64,000 nt of DNA from Entomortierella parvispora E1425 (GCA_020891255.1 BQFW01000001.1:310001-374000), one strand, 5' to 3'. Positions 1-12,250 are shown, counted from the stretch's first letter. Notes: generated from the sequence alone by a model not told the origin. Program-made: numbers and translations.

Positions 1-2692
1 CGATCCTGTGAGTCCTTGTTCCTTTGACACTTCTCGCAGGTTGCTACATACTGCTGGGTATCCTTGGCGATGTGGGGCCAATATACGAAACGGCGCAGGT
101 TGTCGTAAGTCTTTTGAAAACCAAAGTGTCCAGCAGTGGCAGAGTCGTGAGCGTCGTGCAAGAGAGTGAGGCGGATCGGGGAGTGCCGAGGGATGGCCAG
201 GGTGGTTGCTCCACGTCGGGTAAAGTAGAGGAGGTTGTTCTGGAATGAATATCCATTGGCAACCTTCCCATCCAGGCAATCCTTGTAGATGGGTCCAAGT
301 CGAGGATCGTCGTTGTAGTCCTGGACAAGCTGGTCACGGACGTCCGGGGACAGGGAGACGCTGAGGTTGTATAGCTCAACAGGGTCAGGCTCGCGGTAGT
401 CCGGTCGTCGGGAGAGAGCGTCTGGGACGATGTTGTCAACTCCTCGCTTGTACTTGAAGTCAAAGTCGTATTCCTGAAGCAACTCCATCCAGCGAGCCTG
501 TCGACGAGTGAGTTTGGGCTGTGTGGGGAAGTGGCGGAGGGTGGCGTGGTCGGTGTGGACGCTGAACTTGGTTCCATCGAGGTAGTAGCGCCAAGTGCGG
601 AGCGCATGGATGACAGCCAACAGTTCCTGCTCATGGACAGGGTAGTTCCGCTCAGCTGACTGCATTTTCCTGGAAGTGAATGCGATGGGATGGGTATTCC
701 CTTCCCGGTCAGTCTGCAGCAGCACTGCACCGATGGCGAAACCGGATGCATCTGTTTCGACAAAGGTGAGAGATCAGGGTCGAAGATGCGGAGGACGGGG
801 GCGGAGCAGATGGCGCGTTTGAGCTGAAGGAATGCAGATTGTTGTTCGTCGGTCCATTTGAAGGGAGTGTTGTTGGCGAGGAGGGAAGAGAGAGGGAGGG
901 CAATCCCTGCAAAGCCCGATACGTACTGTTGATAAAATTGCGCAAGCCCCAAAAATTGCTGGACGTCCTTTGTGCTCTTGGGGGTGGGCCAGTCACTGAT
1001 GGCTTTGCTGAGCCCGGCCGATGTTTTGATCCCGTCCTTGGTGATGGTGTGGCCCAAAAATTCAGTTTCGTCTTGCATGAAGGAGCACTTGCTCAATTTC
1101 GCGTACAGACCATTCTTGCGGAGGAGAGCCAGGACGCTTCGGAGATGCTGCAGGTGTTCTTTCTTTGTCTTGGAGTAGATCAACAGATCGTCGAGATACA
1201 CGACAACCCATTTGTCCAAGACTGGATCGAGTACTCGCAACATCATATTGGAGAACGAAGCAGGAGCGTTAGTAAGGCCAAAGGGAACAACATTGAACTC
1301 AAAGTGACCATAGCGACAACGGAAGGCAGTCTTGTGTGTGTGTGGTTCAAAGATACGCTGCTGATGATAACCGGATAACAAGTCCAACTTGGAGTAATAG
1401 CGTGCTCCACGGAAGCGGTCAAGTAGCTCGTCGATACGGGGCAACGGGTGTCTGTTCTTCCTGGTGATCTTGTTGAGGCCACGGTAGTCGACGCACATTC
1501 GGAGTGTGCCGTCCTTCTTCCGCACAAAGAGCACGGGGGCGCCATAGGGAGAGGTACTGGGTTTGATAAAACCTGCTGCTAGCAATTGGTCCAGTTGTTT
1601 GCGAAGTTCGTCAAGCTCGGCGATTGAAAGTCTAATGACAGGGCGGAAGGGTGGGTCGGCTGTCGGGTCGGTCTCGATCTTCATAGCATCACCACGGTCT
1701 AGGGGCAGGCCGTCCGGGAGTTTCTCCGGAAAGACATCAGCGAACTCTTCCATGACAATGGACCGCACCTCTGGGGTCATATCGGGAATTGTACGCGGTT
1801 GGTCAGTTTCTTCAGAGGGCTCTGGGGTGTTGCGAATAAGGGCCAGGAACACCTCCGAGCCGGGCAGGGTTGCCATGGAATGAAAGTGCATGTGTGTGAG
1901 GAGGAGTCCTTTGGTGCGGCTTTGGATGTGATCGGCCTTGAAGCCGCGGCAGCTCCATTTGACATCGATTCCATTGTGAGTGAAATGAAGATCGTTGGTG
2001 CGCCAATTGATGCAAGGGTTAACTTTGGTGAGCCAGGGTTTGCCAAGGATGAGGTCGTATTTGTTGAGAGGATAGAGAATAGGGTTGAGCGAATCGGAGT
2101 AGTCGCTGCGGTTGAGGGTGATGGGGACGGTGTGTGATGTGAGGGAGGAAGAGCCATTGGGGAGGAGGATGGGGATGGGCAAGCATTCAGTGCGGAGGAG
2201 CTGGTGTCGCTTTTGAAAAGACGAACTGATAATATTACCTTCTGCACCACCATCAATCAGGATTCTGGCAGCGTGGCCATTGACAGAACCGATGAAAGTG
2301 AGCAGTTGGCTCTCTGCCTTTTGGACAGTGAATTCGTGTAGGCGAATCGCACGACGCTTCAACTTCTTCAACTGACTTTTGGACAGAGGTACACTAGGTG
2401 CCGGCGGTACAGCGAGAGGGTCCGGTTCATCTGTATCGGAGGATCTAGGTAGAGGAGCGGACAGGGCAACTGGAGCGGGCGAGGCAACAGGTTTTTTGGT
2501 TTGGTTTTGGTTTCGGTCCGATAGAACAACCAGAGCATCGTGGATGTGAGTTCGCTTGTCATGATTGGAGTCATGTTTCTGAGGTGTAGAATCAAGTGAA
2601 GTTTTATTTGAGGTACTTAGCTCAGGGTTGTTGGCTACAGTTTCGACAACTGGGGTCCGGACCGACCCTAGTTGCCGGAGGCTTTTCCCGAA
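1..2692 (-). CDS. pol: Pol polyprotein (protease-RT-RNase H-integrase start), copy A, with a 1-nt frameshift near 767-773
   Basis: ILIDGGAEGN protease, MCVDYRGLN and VVVYLDDLLI RT motifs. RNase H (TFVETDASGFAIGAVLLQ...ERNYPVHEQELLA) continues in the -1 frame after FDPDL. The pol frame is open from 2692 to the annotated ORF start at 2371. Confidence 0.92.
2644..2689 (-). promoter_or_regulatory. -1 programmed ribosomal frameshift signal (gag to pol), copy A; same signal at 52652-52697 in copy B
   Basis: Slippery heptamer G GGA AAA (2689-2683), 5-nt spacer, then hairpin CGGCAACT-A-GGGTC-GGTCCG-GACCC-C-AGTTGTCG. Gag and pol frames overlap only over 2692-2668. Confidence 0.8.
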
Positions 2693-3588
2693 TCAGGGGA
2701 TTCACCCGCGGTTACTTGATTAATTCCTCGGCTGCCGTTGCCGTACTTAGGGCAATTGGGACTGATGTGACCCAATTCGCGGCAGCGGAAGCAGCCACCG
2801 TTACGTACAAGGTACTCTCGGTCGGCGGCGGTCAGGGGTGCGGGGCGATCTCGAGAAGGGTTGTTAGTACCGTTGGTGGGGCGGTTCTGTAAGGAGCGGT
2901 GAAGGGTGCCGAGTTGCTTGTGGATATTGTTGAGTTGGATATGAATATTGTCCACTTCCATTGCGTTGGGGTCGGTGATACCAGCAGAGGATCCCGAGGC
3001 AGCCAGTGCTTTGGCACCGAGTGATGGGTCTTCAGTGTGGAAGATACGACCGAACTCCTCCGCGGCCTTAAAGAGTCTGGGCAGATCTATGGTGTCGTTG
3101 CCTGCATTAACAATGGCCACTTCCAGCATCTGGCGAAGCTGAGTAGGTGCACCACTGAGAAAGGCAGTACGGATAGTATCGTTGAGAACTGCGTTGTCGG
3201 CGTAGTAAGACTGGAGGAGCAGGTGGTATTCACGGGCTTTGGTAATATAGGCCATGACGTTGGAGATGTTCAATGGTAGTGTCATTTTCATTTGCATTGT
3301 GAGGGCGAGAATGTGCTCCTTAAACTTCGCAGGACTGAACTCGGTGGCAAGGAGCTCGCTGAAATCCGGGAATGAGGTGTCGGATGGCTTGTTTAAGAGT
3401 GCCCACCAGCCGATAACCTCATCGCCGGCAAAGGCAAGGGTAACCCCGACCTTGCGAGGTTCGGCAATTCCAGCGCCATCGAAGAAAAAGGTCATGCGTT
3501 TCAGAAAACCGAGAACAGAGAATCCGTCGCGCTTGCCGTTGAACGGTGTTGGATGAGGGAATTTGAATGACGGTGTCGCGGGGTCCAT
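2668..3588 (-). CDS. gag: Gag protein, copy A
   Basis: ORF MDPATPSFKFPHPTPFNGKRD... with retrotransposon gag-like region and zinc knuckle CFRCRELGHISPNC. Confidence 0.92.
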   Translation of the reverse strand: MDPATPSFKFPHPTPFNGKRDGFSVLGFLKRMTFFFDGAGIAEPRKVGVTLAFAGDEVIGWWALLNKPSDTSFPDFSELLATEFSPAKFKEHILALTMQMKMTLPLNISNVMAYITKAREYHLLLQSYYADNAVLNDTIRTAFLSGAPTQLRQMLEVAIVNAGNDTIDLPRLFKAAEEFGRIFHTEDPSLGAKALAASGSSAGITDPNAMEVDNIHIQLNNIHKQLGTLHRSLQNRPTNGTNNPSRDRPAPLTAADREYLVRNGGCFRCRELGHISPNCPKYGNGSRGINQVTAGESPDSGKASGN

Positions 3589-3698
3589 GTTGGGTGAATT
3601 GTCGAGGGAGAGTTGATCGAAGAGGGATACGAGGGGGTCCAGGGTGTAAGTGTGTCGGAGGGTCAGTGGGTCAGTGAGGTCAGTGGATCGAAAACCTT

Positions 3699-3706
3699 TG
3701 CTACCA
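3699..3706 (-). promoter_or_regulatory. Primer-binding site TGGTAGCA, compatible with the 3' end of initiator tRNA-Met (also at 53707-53714)
   Basis: Immediately follows the 5' LTR end (...TTGCA) on the minus strand; complementary to ...GCUACCA. Confidence 0.7.
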
Positions 3707-3817
3707 TGCAATAGGAGTATCGAGGGTGGAGTGGAGACAAGAAGTGAGTTTTATTATATTGCAAGTTTCTAGCTTTTGTAGGTACACATCGCGTGATGTC
3801 ACCGTATTCCTGTTACA
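3707..3817 (-). repeat. 5' LTR of copy A (111 bp, TGTAAC...TTGCA)
   Basis: Identical to the LTRs at 48759-48869, 53715-53825 and (inverted) 60362-60472. Confidence 0.97.
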
Positions 3818-5100
3818 CGAGACCGCTTGTAGGCGTGATGCGAGCCACCGACATCTTCCTCCAAGGGTCGCTTTCCACGGCATGCTGGCGAGTCGCACGC
3901 AGCATCGGAGGCACTTCTGTCCTCCCCAGACAAACAGTCGGCGGTGGCGCTTGCGTCCACACTAGTAAGGCAAAAATATTAGAAGTGAGTAGAAGTGAGT
4001 AGATGCTACAATAGTGTATGGACAACAAAGGGGAAATATTCAGGCCATCCATCAAAACAACTGCTTCACTTACCGGCACAACTCTTGCTCTGTTGTTTCC
4101 TCAGGCGCAGGGGGAAGAAGGGACCTTGGGAAACGAATCACAAAGACAGGTTTCTGTGTAGCCACAACTTCCTCCTGACGCCTCTTCTTCGAGGCGCGAT
4201 GTGTGAAAAAGACATTGTCCTCACAGACCCGCTTTCGCTGAAATGCTGCCGAGTTGCTCACAACTCCAGATTGGGCGCTTCCGTCCCTGGCAGCATTGGA
4301 GGCACTTCCGTCCTCCTTAAACAAGTCTTTGACAGGGGCTCTTCCGTCCACCTGCAAGAGGCCGTCGGTGGTGGCGCTTACGTCCACGCTGGAACATAGA
4401 GAATAAACAAAGAGGCGTATGAGCATTTATGTTTGATACCAAAAGACGGAGAAATAAACATCTCATACTGCGCTTTCATGTTGGTATTGTCCGTTTCACT
4501 TACTAACACGACGCCTGTCGAGACGCATCTGCAGTGGCAACGGTCTCCTTGGCACGCTTCTTTGGCACCAGGCGGCACGGACGGCGAGGAGGAGACTCAA
4601 CACCTCTCTCAACTCCTGCTCCGTTGCTATTTAAAAAGAAAGAAAAAAGAGCGGATACATATCGTTTTAGAAAGATGAGGGACCAGAAACCAAACAAAAA
4701 AGAGCGAGGCCAAAATAAAGTCTTTTGCAAAGCTTTGTCATGGTTGTTTTTGTACCGAGGGCAGGCAGCGGCCACAGTTTCCTCCGAGGAAAGGGTTCGG
4801 CGGTGGCGGCTGGCAGGCACAGCGTACGGTGCGGCCGCGCTAAAAGATATAGAGAGAGCCCAAAAGAGGATGGTGTGAGCACCGCAGTCTATGTGCAACA
4901 TCACCCCTTTGAAGGGGGGAATAGACGCGAACAAAAAAAAAAAAAACAAGGCACAGCAGAGAGAGAGAATGTGTGTGTTGTTTACCTTCGGGCATCCCGT
5001 CGATCGAGGGTACTCTTGCGAAGGTTGTAGGGCGACATCTTTATGCGTTCAGAAGGCTAATGAAGGCAATGAGACTGGAAGATGTCAAAGGAACTGAATG
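3818..5100 (-). pseudogene. Possible low-complexity multi-exon hypothetical gene whose 3' part is cut by retrotransposon copy A
   Basis: Related exon-like modules (VDVSATTDG... near 4390; VDASATADC... near 3960). The reading frame runs into the LTR at 3817. No recognisable domain. Confidence 0.3.
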
Positions 5101-5990
5101 AGCATGAGCCATGGCAAGCGCGTTTTTGAGGCTGGCTCGCTGGTGGCAAATGCGGCAAAAATTCAGCAGTCACACACGCGCCACCAACCTTTTCACCAGG
5201 TCATCCCAGGGCGCAGCATCTTTCGCAAATACCACAACATGGCAAATGAGCCAGATAAAATTAGTGGTGCGCATCTAGTGTTGACCTCACCACTAGACAC
5301 CACTTAACCACTAGACACCACTAGACATCACTGGAGGCTTTGGAACCCAATCTTTGTTGCCTTCACTTTACTTCAAAATACGCCAGCCGTTTCTAGCACA
5401 CGGTTGATGTATCGTCGTTATATCAACCTATCTTCCTCCATTTACCTGCCCTCTTCCTCGTCCTTCTGGCTTCCTTTAGTTCACAACCAATCGAAGGTCC
5501 TCAGATCTGCGATGTTTCGGTTAGTCTCGTAGTTTTTGCCAGCCCTGAGGCATGCTGTTTTCGCTGTTCCACTTGACAGCCACGGATTGCAAGTGGCAGG
5601 AAAGAACCATCGATTCAACGACGCAAACTCCTTTCACCTCTCTCTCTTGTAATGGATTGCAGTTGTAGCCTCACCTTTTGTTTCATTTGTTGTTTGGAGA
5701 CACGCGTGAAGTGGGTTATCTTGACTTGCACTCTTGCACGACAACTACAACTGGAGCACGGCCTCAGCAGCTTATTCAAGCCCCATCCATCCTCATCTAG
5801 CATTCATTTGTCGGCATTCTCAAAATGACCCCACAAAGATATACCCGACGAAAACCAGTGTTGGATCCCTCTACCTTTGGCTTCACAACTCTTCTGCTCA
5901 TATCCATCGAATGAACATGCGCTTTTTGACTCACAAGTCCAGTATGGTGAATCATGGAGAGCCACGTGGAGACTTTACTGAGGTTACATT

Positions 5991-6494
5991 CTACTTCTTC
6001 TTTCCTTTTTTATCGTTCTTCATCTCATCGATCGCGTTCTTGGTTTTACAAGTCGGGCATTGGTAGTACAACTGCTGGTTCGTCGCCTTTTTCTTTACAC
6101 ATTGCACACAGGCGCCTGATTGGCATTTCCAACAAAACTTGTCTGTCCGAGCCTTGCAAATGGAGCAGATGGGCTGTGGCGGTGCCCTCCCGATGGCTCG
6201 CACGACTGCCTGAATCATGTTAGGGTCAGCCTTTACGGGGAAAAAATAGTACTTGTCGCGTTCCAGGATCAAACAGGAGTTCTTGGGCATCCCGAACCTC
6301 TCTTCAAGCTCCTTGCAATGAATAGTTGAAATAAAAGCCAGGCTGTGATCCTGATACAATAGCAATGTTGCGGCTCTGAACTTGCCCAGACTGGTGATCT
6401 CGGTAAGGCGGACATTGTAGCCCAACTTGTGCAACTCTGTAGAAGCGATGCTTACAGCCTGTTCAGTCTCTATTTCTATCTTGGACTTGCCCAT
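5991..6494 (-). CDS. Cys-rich (zinc-finger-like) hypothetical protein; may continue into downstream exons
   Basis: ATG ORF of 167 aa with CSIC...CWKC...CVQC...CPTC. Confidence 0.5.
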   Translation of the reverse strand: MGKSKIEIETEQAVSIASTELHKLGYNVRLTEITSLGKFRAATLLLYQDHSLAFISTIHCKELEERFGMPKNSCLILERDKYYFFPVKADPNMIQAVVRAIGRAPPQPICSICKARTDKFCWKCQSGACVQCVKKKATNQQLYYQCPTCKTKNAIDEMKNDKKGKKK

Positions 6495-7756
6495 TTTCCA
6501 TTAATCTGCGTGTGTGTCGTGGTTATTGCTTTTCGAAGAGTCGAGTTGGAATCAGGGCGGTAGTGGATGTCTACCGTTCATTTTTTCGCTGTTGGGTTAG
6601 TCTTCGTCTGCGAGTCTCGGGTCTAAAATGCTGGGACGTTTTTGTTTTGCTTTTTTGTACCTGTGAATCCTTGAAAGTCGAAAGAGTTGAAGCAATTGAG
6701 TTTTTGAGAAGGGGCGGCGGAGGATAGCAAAGTGATGTGCAACGCAGATGGAAGGTTGATAGCGGTGGTAGTGGTGACAGTGCTCTACTGACGAAGGAAA
6801 AGGAAGGGATGAGAGATTTGCTGAAAAGAGAAAGAAAGAGGGGAGGGGAAAAAAGTCGAACGGTCAATCCCCTCTGGTTTCACAGGCCGTCAGCCGGTGG
6901 GTAATGTGCCACAAACCGCGTCGTTGTGGTTGAGCGGACAAGACAAATTTTTGCCGCGCTTTGATGCTCACTGTCCAGAAATATTTTTGTTGGCCAGTTA
7001 ATTTGTTACACGAAAACCACATTGGCCTGGAGCGCCCCGTTGAAGTCAACAACGCCTTCAGAACACATCTCTTCCCTGAATAGGACAATAGCACGCCAAG
7101 GGTCTGGATCTCCACCCCTTTGCAGATGAACTCGGCCGGCTTGCAATCAGGTTTCAGGTCGAAGCGCCTCCGTCTCATCACCAACCAGAATCCAAACGCG
7201 ACACGAACGCGTTTTACGGCACGACTGTTTTCGCCTCATCTTGCGGCTGATTCAGAACACACCAACAAGTATCCACTCTCAACAAGAATAACATTCTGCC
7301 TCACGTCGTTGGATGAATTTTCTATGGTACGCAGAGGTTTGCCTGCAGCTTGGCGCCCTGATAATAGTTATCCAAGCCCAAACTCGTGTATGATTCATTC
7401 CACACTTCCCAGCCTTCCTACTGGATCCTAAACCACATATTAATACCACGAGAGCCTCAAGCCTCATCGCCCGAAACCTGAAAACCCCGTTGGGAGCATA
7501 CCACCCCCTGGAGAGGTCGTTGTTCTCATCCATTTTTTATTTTCCTATTTTTTTGGGGGGGGGGGCTCCTTCCAGTCCTGGCCGTATTATCTATCCTATC
7601 GCTTGGGTTGAACATCAAGGCAGAAAAAAAAGGGTGTCAGAAATAACTTTTAAAGACATGGATATAGCCATTGTTCTTCCAGTAAATATAGTTCTTGTCA
7701 ACGTCCGTCGCAACTGTCAGGGTGATCTTTTACAAGATAGAAACTTCCTGACAGGG

Positions 7757-8218
7757 TCATTGAAAAGCACAGAGAATGTGTCGAACGAGGGGGCATCGAT
7801 CGAGACCGCCTCTATGCCCGCCAATGACCGCGAGACTAACCCATCTTCATACGACTCTGAAATCATATTCGTCAATCAGATACAGTGGCGCACCCATCCA
7901 TGAAAGACGAAAGCCAGAGGGCAAAGGGGGCGGACAAGACAAGAGAGTTCAAACGCACGATGTGGACACATTACGTCCACATGTTCCAATTCGCCAGTCG
8001 CCACCACCAACCCCCAGGACTTCAAGGCATCATGGAGGTCGATGGGATCATTGAAAAACATAGAGAATGTATCGAACGAGGGGGCATCGAGCGACACCGC
8101 CTGTATGCCCGCCAATGACCGCGAGACTAACCCATTCTTCATACGACTCTGAAATCATATTCGTCAATCAGATACAGTGGCGCACCCATCCATGAAAGAC
8201 GAAAGCCAGAGGGCAAAG
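7757..8218 (+). repeat. Imperfect ~170-bp direct repeat (7757-7926 and 8048-8218)
   Basis: Both copies carry TCATTGAAAA...GCCCGCCAATGACCGCGAGACTAAC...GCCAGAGGGCAAAG. Confidence 0.85.
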
Positions 8219-8272
8219 AGGGCAGGGTAAATGGTCGCATTGAAAAAAATTACATCAACATGTTACCTTTGA

Positions 8273-9133
8273 GGCGGAGGGGCGAATGCAAGCTGAAGAG
8301 AAGCAAACGGCAGTGAGGTTCACAAAGCCCTGGATTTGAAAAACTGAGGGAGCACAGTTTGCGCGAAAATGGCGGAATGGTAAAAAATGATGTATTTGCT
8401 GCGTAAGCGCTCTGCTCTTTTTTTTCTCCTTGGGCTCCTGCGATTGATGGGCCAAATCCTTCAATACTACCACTGTAGGTACATACCTTTTTTTTCTTTC
8501 CTGCCCTTCCTGCCCTTCTTTTTTCTTTCTTTCTTCCGGTCCTTTTTGCAGTAATCCTATCTGTCCCTTGTCCCTGTCTGTCTGCCTGTCCTGTCCTATC
8601 ATGCATGTCTTAGATGAGCCAAAAACTTACTTCTTTTTGTGTCCCCGCCCACTCACTTCACACTCACTGCACTTCTCTTGGCACACCTCGCACTCCGTAC
8701 GCACATACCTCATCCCACAGTCACATTTGCCACCAAACATTTTTTCACATCCATTCCTTTCCCCTTCGCTCTGCCCTTTCTTTTCCTTCATAAATAAATT
8801 CCCCCATCACTCTTCATGGACTTTACATTCACCACACCGCAAAATACCCAAGGATCAGGACAGAGGATTGCTGCTACCTCAGGGGCCGTGCCACTGATGC
8901 AGCCCCTACAACAACAACAACTACAACCGGCGGAGGGGCGAATGCAAGCTGAAGAGAAGCAAACGGCAGTGAGGTTCACAAAGCCCTGGATTTGAAAAAC
9001 TGAGGGAGCACAGTTTGCGCGAAAATGGCGGAATGGTAAAAAATGATGTATTTGCTGCGTAAGCGCTCTGCTCTTTTTTTTCTCCTTGGGCTCCTGCGAT
9101 TGATGGGCCAAATCCTTCAATACTACCACTGTA
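8273..9133. repeat. Identical 205-bp direct repeat (8273-8477 and 8929-9133)
   Basis: GGCGGAGGGGCGAATGC...CAATACTACCACTGTA occurs twice, 656 bp apart. Confidence 0.9.
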
Positions 9134-9247
9134 TCCCTCTTTCTTTCATTTTGTGATGACATCCGATTGGTTTATTGTTGGCAACTGATTCATATGTCCA
9201 TGTTGCTCACCCATTGTCGCACCTGATATTCTTGTTCGCACAGTCTT

Positions 9248-12200
9248 TCAATGGAAAGTGCAATCCCAGTCAGCAGACATATCTTCTTCATCTGCTTCCT
9301 CCTTAGCGCGCTGTAGTCTCTCTTGGACCGACGGTCGCTTCGCAACTTTGGTTGGGGTGTGGAGAACAACCTGCTCCCACTCAAGAGTTTCGATAATCCC
9401 CTTAGGAGACAGAGAGACAGCGTCTTCCTCATCATCACCTTTTCTCTGGTATTGGTGTATCTGATACAATTGATGGACATGTTCCGCGTATTCATGGTAA
9501 TGATCCTAATAGTAAAGGTGTGAAGTATCAGTATTCAGAACACATCTCAGTTGAAGAAATTGCAAACACATACCAACAAATTTAAGAGTTGGTGAACGGG
9601 GTTCCTCAAAAAGTAGCGGAACTCATCCAAAGTAGAAGGAAGCACAATGGTACTGGATGCCTTTCCTGCTACCCATATGTCATCCCATTTTTTGATGGTG
9701 AAAACGATTGCTGTCATCCCTAAAAACGTTACAAACAAGTATCAGTCGATGAGATCAACCAAGCTAAACCTTTTAGCCAAAGAGGGCGAAAACACATTAG
9801 TTTCATTACCATGGACAGAGAGAAGCGGAGGACATTCCAGACCATGCTTGTCAAGCTCCAGTAGAATGCTCTTGTTGATCTTGATAGTCTTTCTCAATTG
9901 ACAAGCAGCCTCAAGTTTTGGGGCGCTCGCCCGCTTGAATTCGAAATTGCCGATCTCAAATGAATCGACACTCAACAGACCATCGCACTTCCGTGGCATG
10001 GTTCCCATTTCAAAGACGTCTGCTAGCTTCGATTTGGATAAAGCAGATGCAGAGCATCCTTGCTCCCCGCTATGGAGGAAATTTGAATAGAATGAGTGAC
10101 AACGTCCTCAGAAGGAAGAGTCGCACGGGGAAAGGCGACATAATAACACTTACAGATTCAGTGATAAGTGAGAGGACAGAGGCAGCCCTTCCTGAAATAT
10201 CGACGACCAAACAGCGAGACAGTCAGCTTCCGAAGGTGCCTTTGAACCATGCAGAGGCTTTACGATATTTCTGATGCTACAGCATGTCATCATATCATCA
10301 TAAAAGGAAAATAAGAGCGTGAGATGACAGTGGGACATTAACAAGCATAAAGTCTTGCGTCAACACTTACAGAATCTGAATGACATCTATCACACGGCGA
10401 TATGTGGGGTACGCAATTTGCAGATGGTAGGTTTCGTCGAGCATCTCCTCTAACGATGATGTTTTATCCAACATAGAGTCCGTAATTTCGCCAAGAACGG
10501 TGTTTTTCTCATCCAAGGACTGTATGTGACACATCGCCTTAACCTCTTCTGTTGAGTTCTGCCCGAACACACTATTGGCGGTAGATGAGTACGTGTTCCA
10601 CACCCCGGAAAGGGCAACACTAGACCATAGAAATCAAATTAGATCCTACAATAACAAAAATAAAAATAAAAAAAATAATAAAAACATCACTTACAAGGCA
10701 TCCTTGTAATCGAGACAATGCGACTTGTCAAACTTCGCTTGATTTTGAAGTGACTGAGCGTTGCGCAAATGCAGAAGCGCCAGTTGATATAACTTCGATC
10801 TCTTTCCACTCTCTTGTGTATGCTCCGTTTCCACTTGTGGCAGATCCACTTCCCACCCATCGTACTATAACGGTACAAAGGTTACATATGTTAAATGGTA
10901 CGCGTCATACGATACATATAGCCTCGAAATCTTACCAACGTCAAGGCAGCCTCGATTAGAGAATGCCACGGTTCCCTGATCTTTGTCTTCGAGATGCGTG
11001 GACACTTGGATGGCTTTACGTTAGGCATCAATTTTTGTTTCGGCCTGATTGGGGTGGAAAGTTGAAGTAGAGATGTGTGGTTCATCGCGGAGCTGTCGAC
11101 TAGGGTAGGGTAAGAGGTGTGTTAAGCCCTGTCATGATCTGGAAAAACCCATATTGCCAGGACATCCCATCGAATAGATACATACCTGTGCCGATCTCAG
11201 GATGGGCGGCGACAATAGTGGTATTGAATTCAACAGAAGGCTTCAAATGAGACTTCGGATAAGGCTTCGGATGAGACTTCGGATAAGGCTTCGGACGAGA
11301 CTTCGGATGAGACTCTGGATCTTCTATCAAATAGCGAGCATAGCAACAAAAAAAAATGAGTACGAGGAGCTTAAAAGATATTCAGGGCACATTTTACAAG
11401 TGAACCTACCATTAAGGTTTTTTCTCTTCCGTTTTTTGATACTCAAGTCATCCTTCTGCTGTGAAACTACACCATCGCCACACTCTTTGACTCCCACTAA
11501 TTTGTCCTCGACGTGGGCAGGCGCTAGTTATGTCAATGGTCAAAAAGTTGGCAAAAATCTGTAGTACCACGACTATGAATCGATCAACCTATTCAAAACT
11601 TACTGGCGACGTGAAGTTCCTCGCAGTTTTCTTGCGCGTATCTTGAAGCTTGTGTGAACAAAATCGAAACAAAACAGGTTACAAAACTTCAAAGTAGCAA
11701 AGTAGCACAGAAAAGAGTCATCAGCTTTTACTCTACCTCGTCGTTTCTGAGCAAGTAATATCAGTTCTTGTTCCGCGTCGGCTATCTTCTTGGATGAGTT
11801 CTCAAGGGAGGTGGTCTCGCTTTCAAGCAATATCCGTTCACGGTAGTAAGCATAGAGATCCTTGCGACTCATCGACGGAGCAATATTTGCGGCGATCTTC
11901 ACATGTGCGTAAGGAGAATTTCGAAGGGTCCGCATCCAACCGTCCCACTCCTGTAGCAGTTTCTCACATTCTTCGCGCCTCAAGTCTCTGAACTCGATAT
12001 ATCCGTTTGGGCTGAAATTCAGGTCCCCTCGAAGCCCGAGAAAGTACCCAGCACCGGATCTTGCTGAGTTTACCGAGTCCCTCCAATCACGCTTCTTTGT
12101 GTGCTTTCTGAGCATCATAGATTCTAATGAATGTAAAAGCAAGACAAGGAGAAAGATAAGACATTCTGTTACTTCAGTGATGTGATACAACCGGTGAGGG

Positions 12201-12250
12201 CTGCCACTCGTCAATAAAAATATCATCTTCTTGTCAATCTCCACCGTCGT
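9248..12250 (-). CDS. Multi-exon hypothetical protein with a C-terminal PD-(D/E)XK-like motif; exon boundaries approximate
   Basis: Protein-like exon ORFs at 11600-12253, 11100-11330, 10367-10603, 9742-10008 (RKCDGLLSVDSFEIGNFEFKR, a D...ExK pattern) and 9248-9469. Confidence 0.5.
11243..11315. repeat. 12-bp minisatellite (TTCGGATGAGAC/TTCGGATAAGGC) encoding PKSH/PKPY repeats on the minus strand
   Basis: About six units visible directly in the sequence. Confidence 0.8.

Larger units (their letters stand above)
1..3817 (-). mobile_element. Ty3/Gypsy (chromovirus-type) LTR retrotransposon, copy A; 3' part (rest of integrase, 3' LTR) lies before the window start
   Basis: 5' LTR at 3707-3817, PBS, gag with CCHC knuckle, protease (LIDGGA), RT (YLDD), RNase H and start of integrase. 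Essentially identical to copy B at 48759-53825 (offset 50005-50008). Confidence 0.97.

Noticed and set aside
8273-9133. TRIM or mini-LTR element
   Set aside because: Repeats lack TG...CA termini, PBS, PPT and a target-site duplication.
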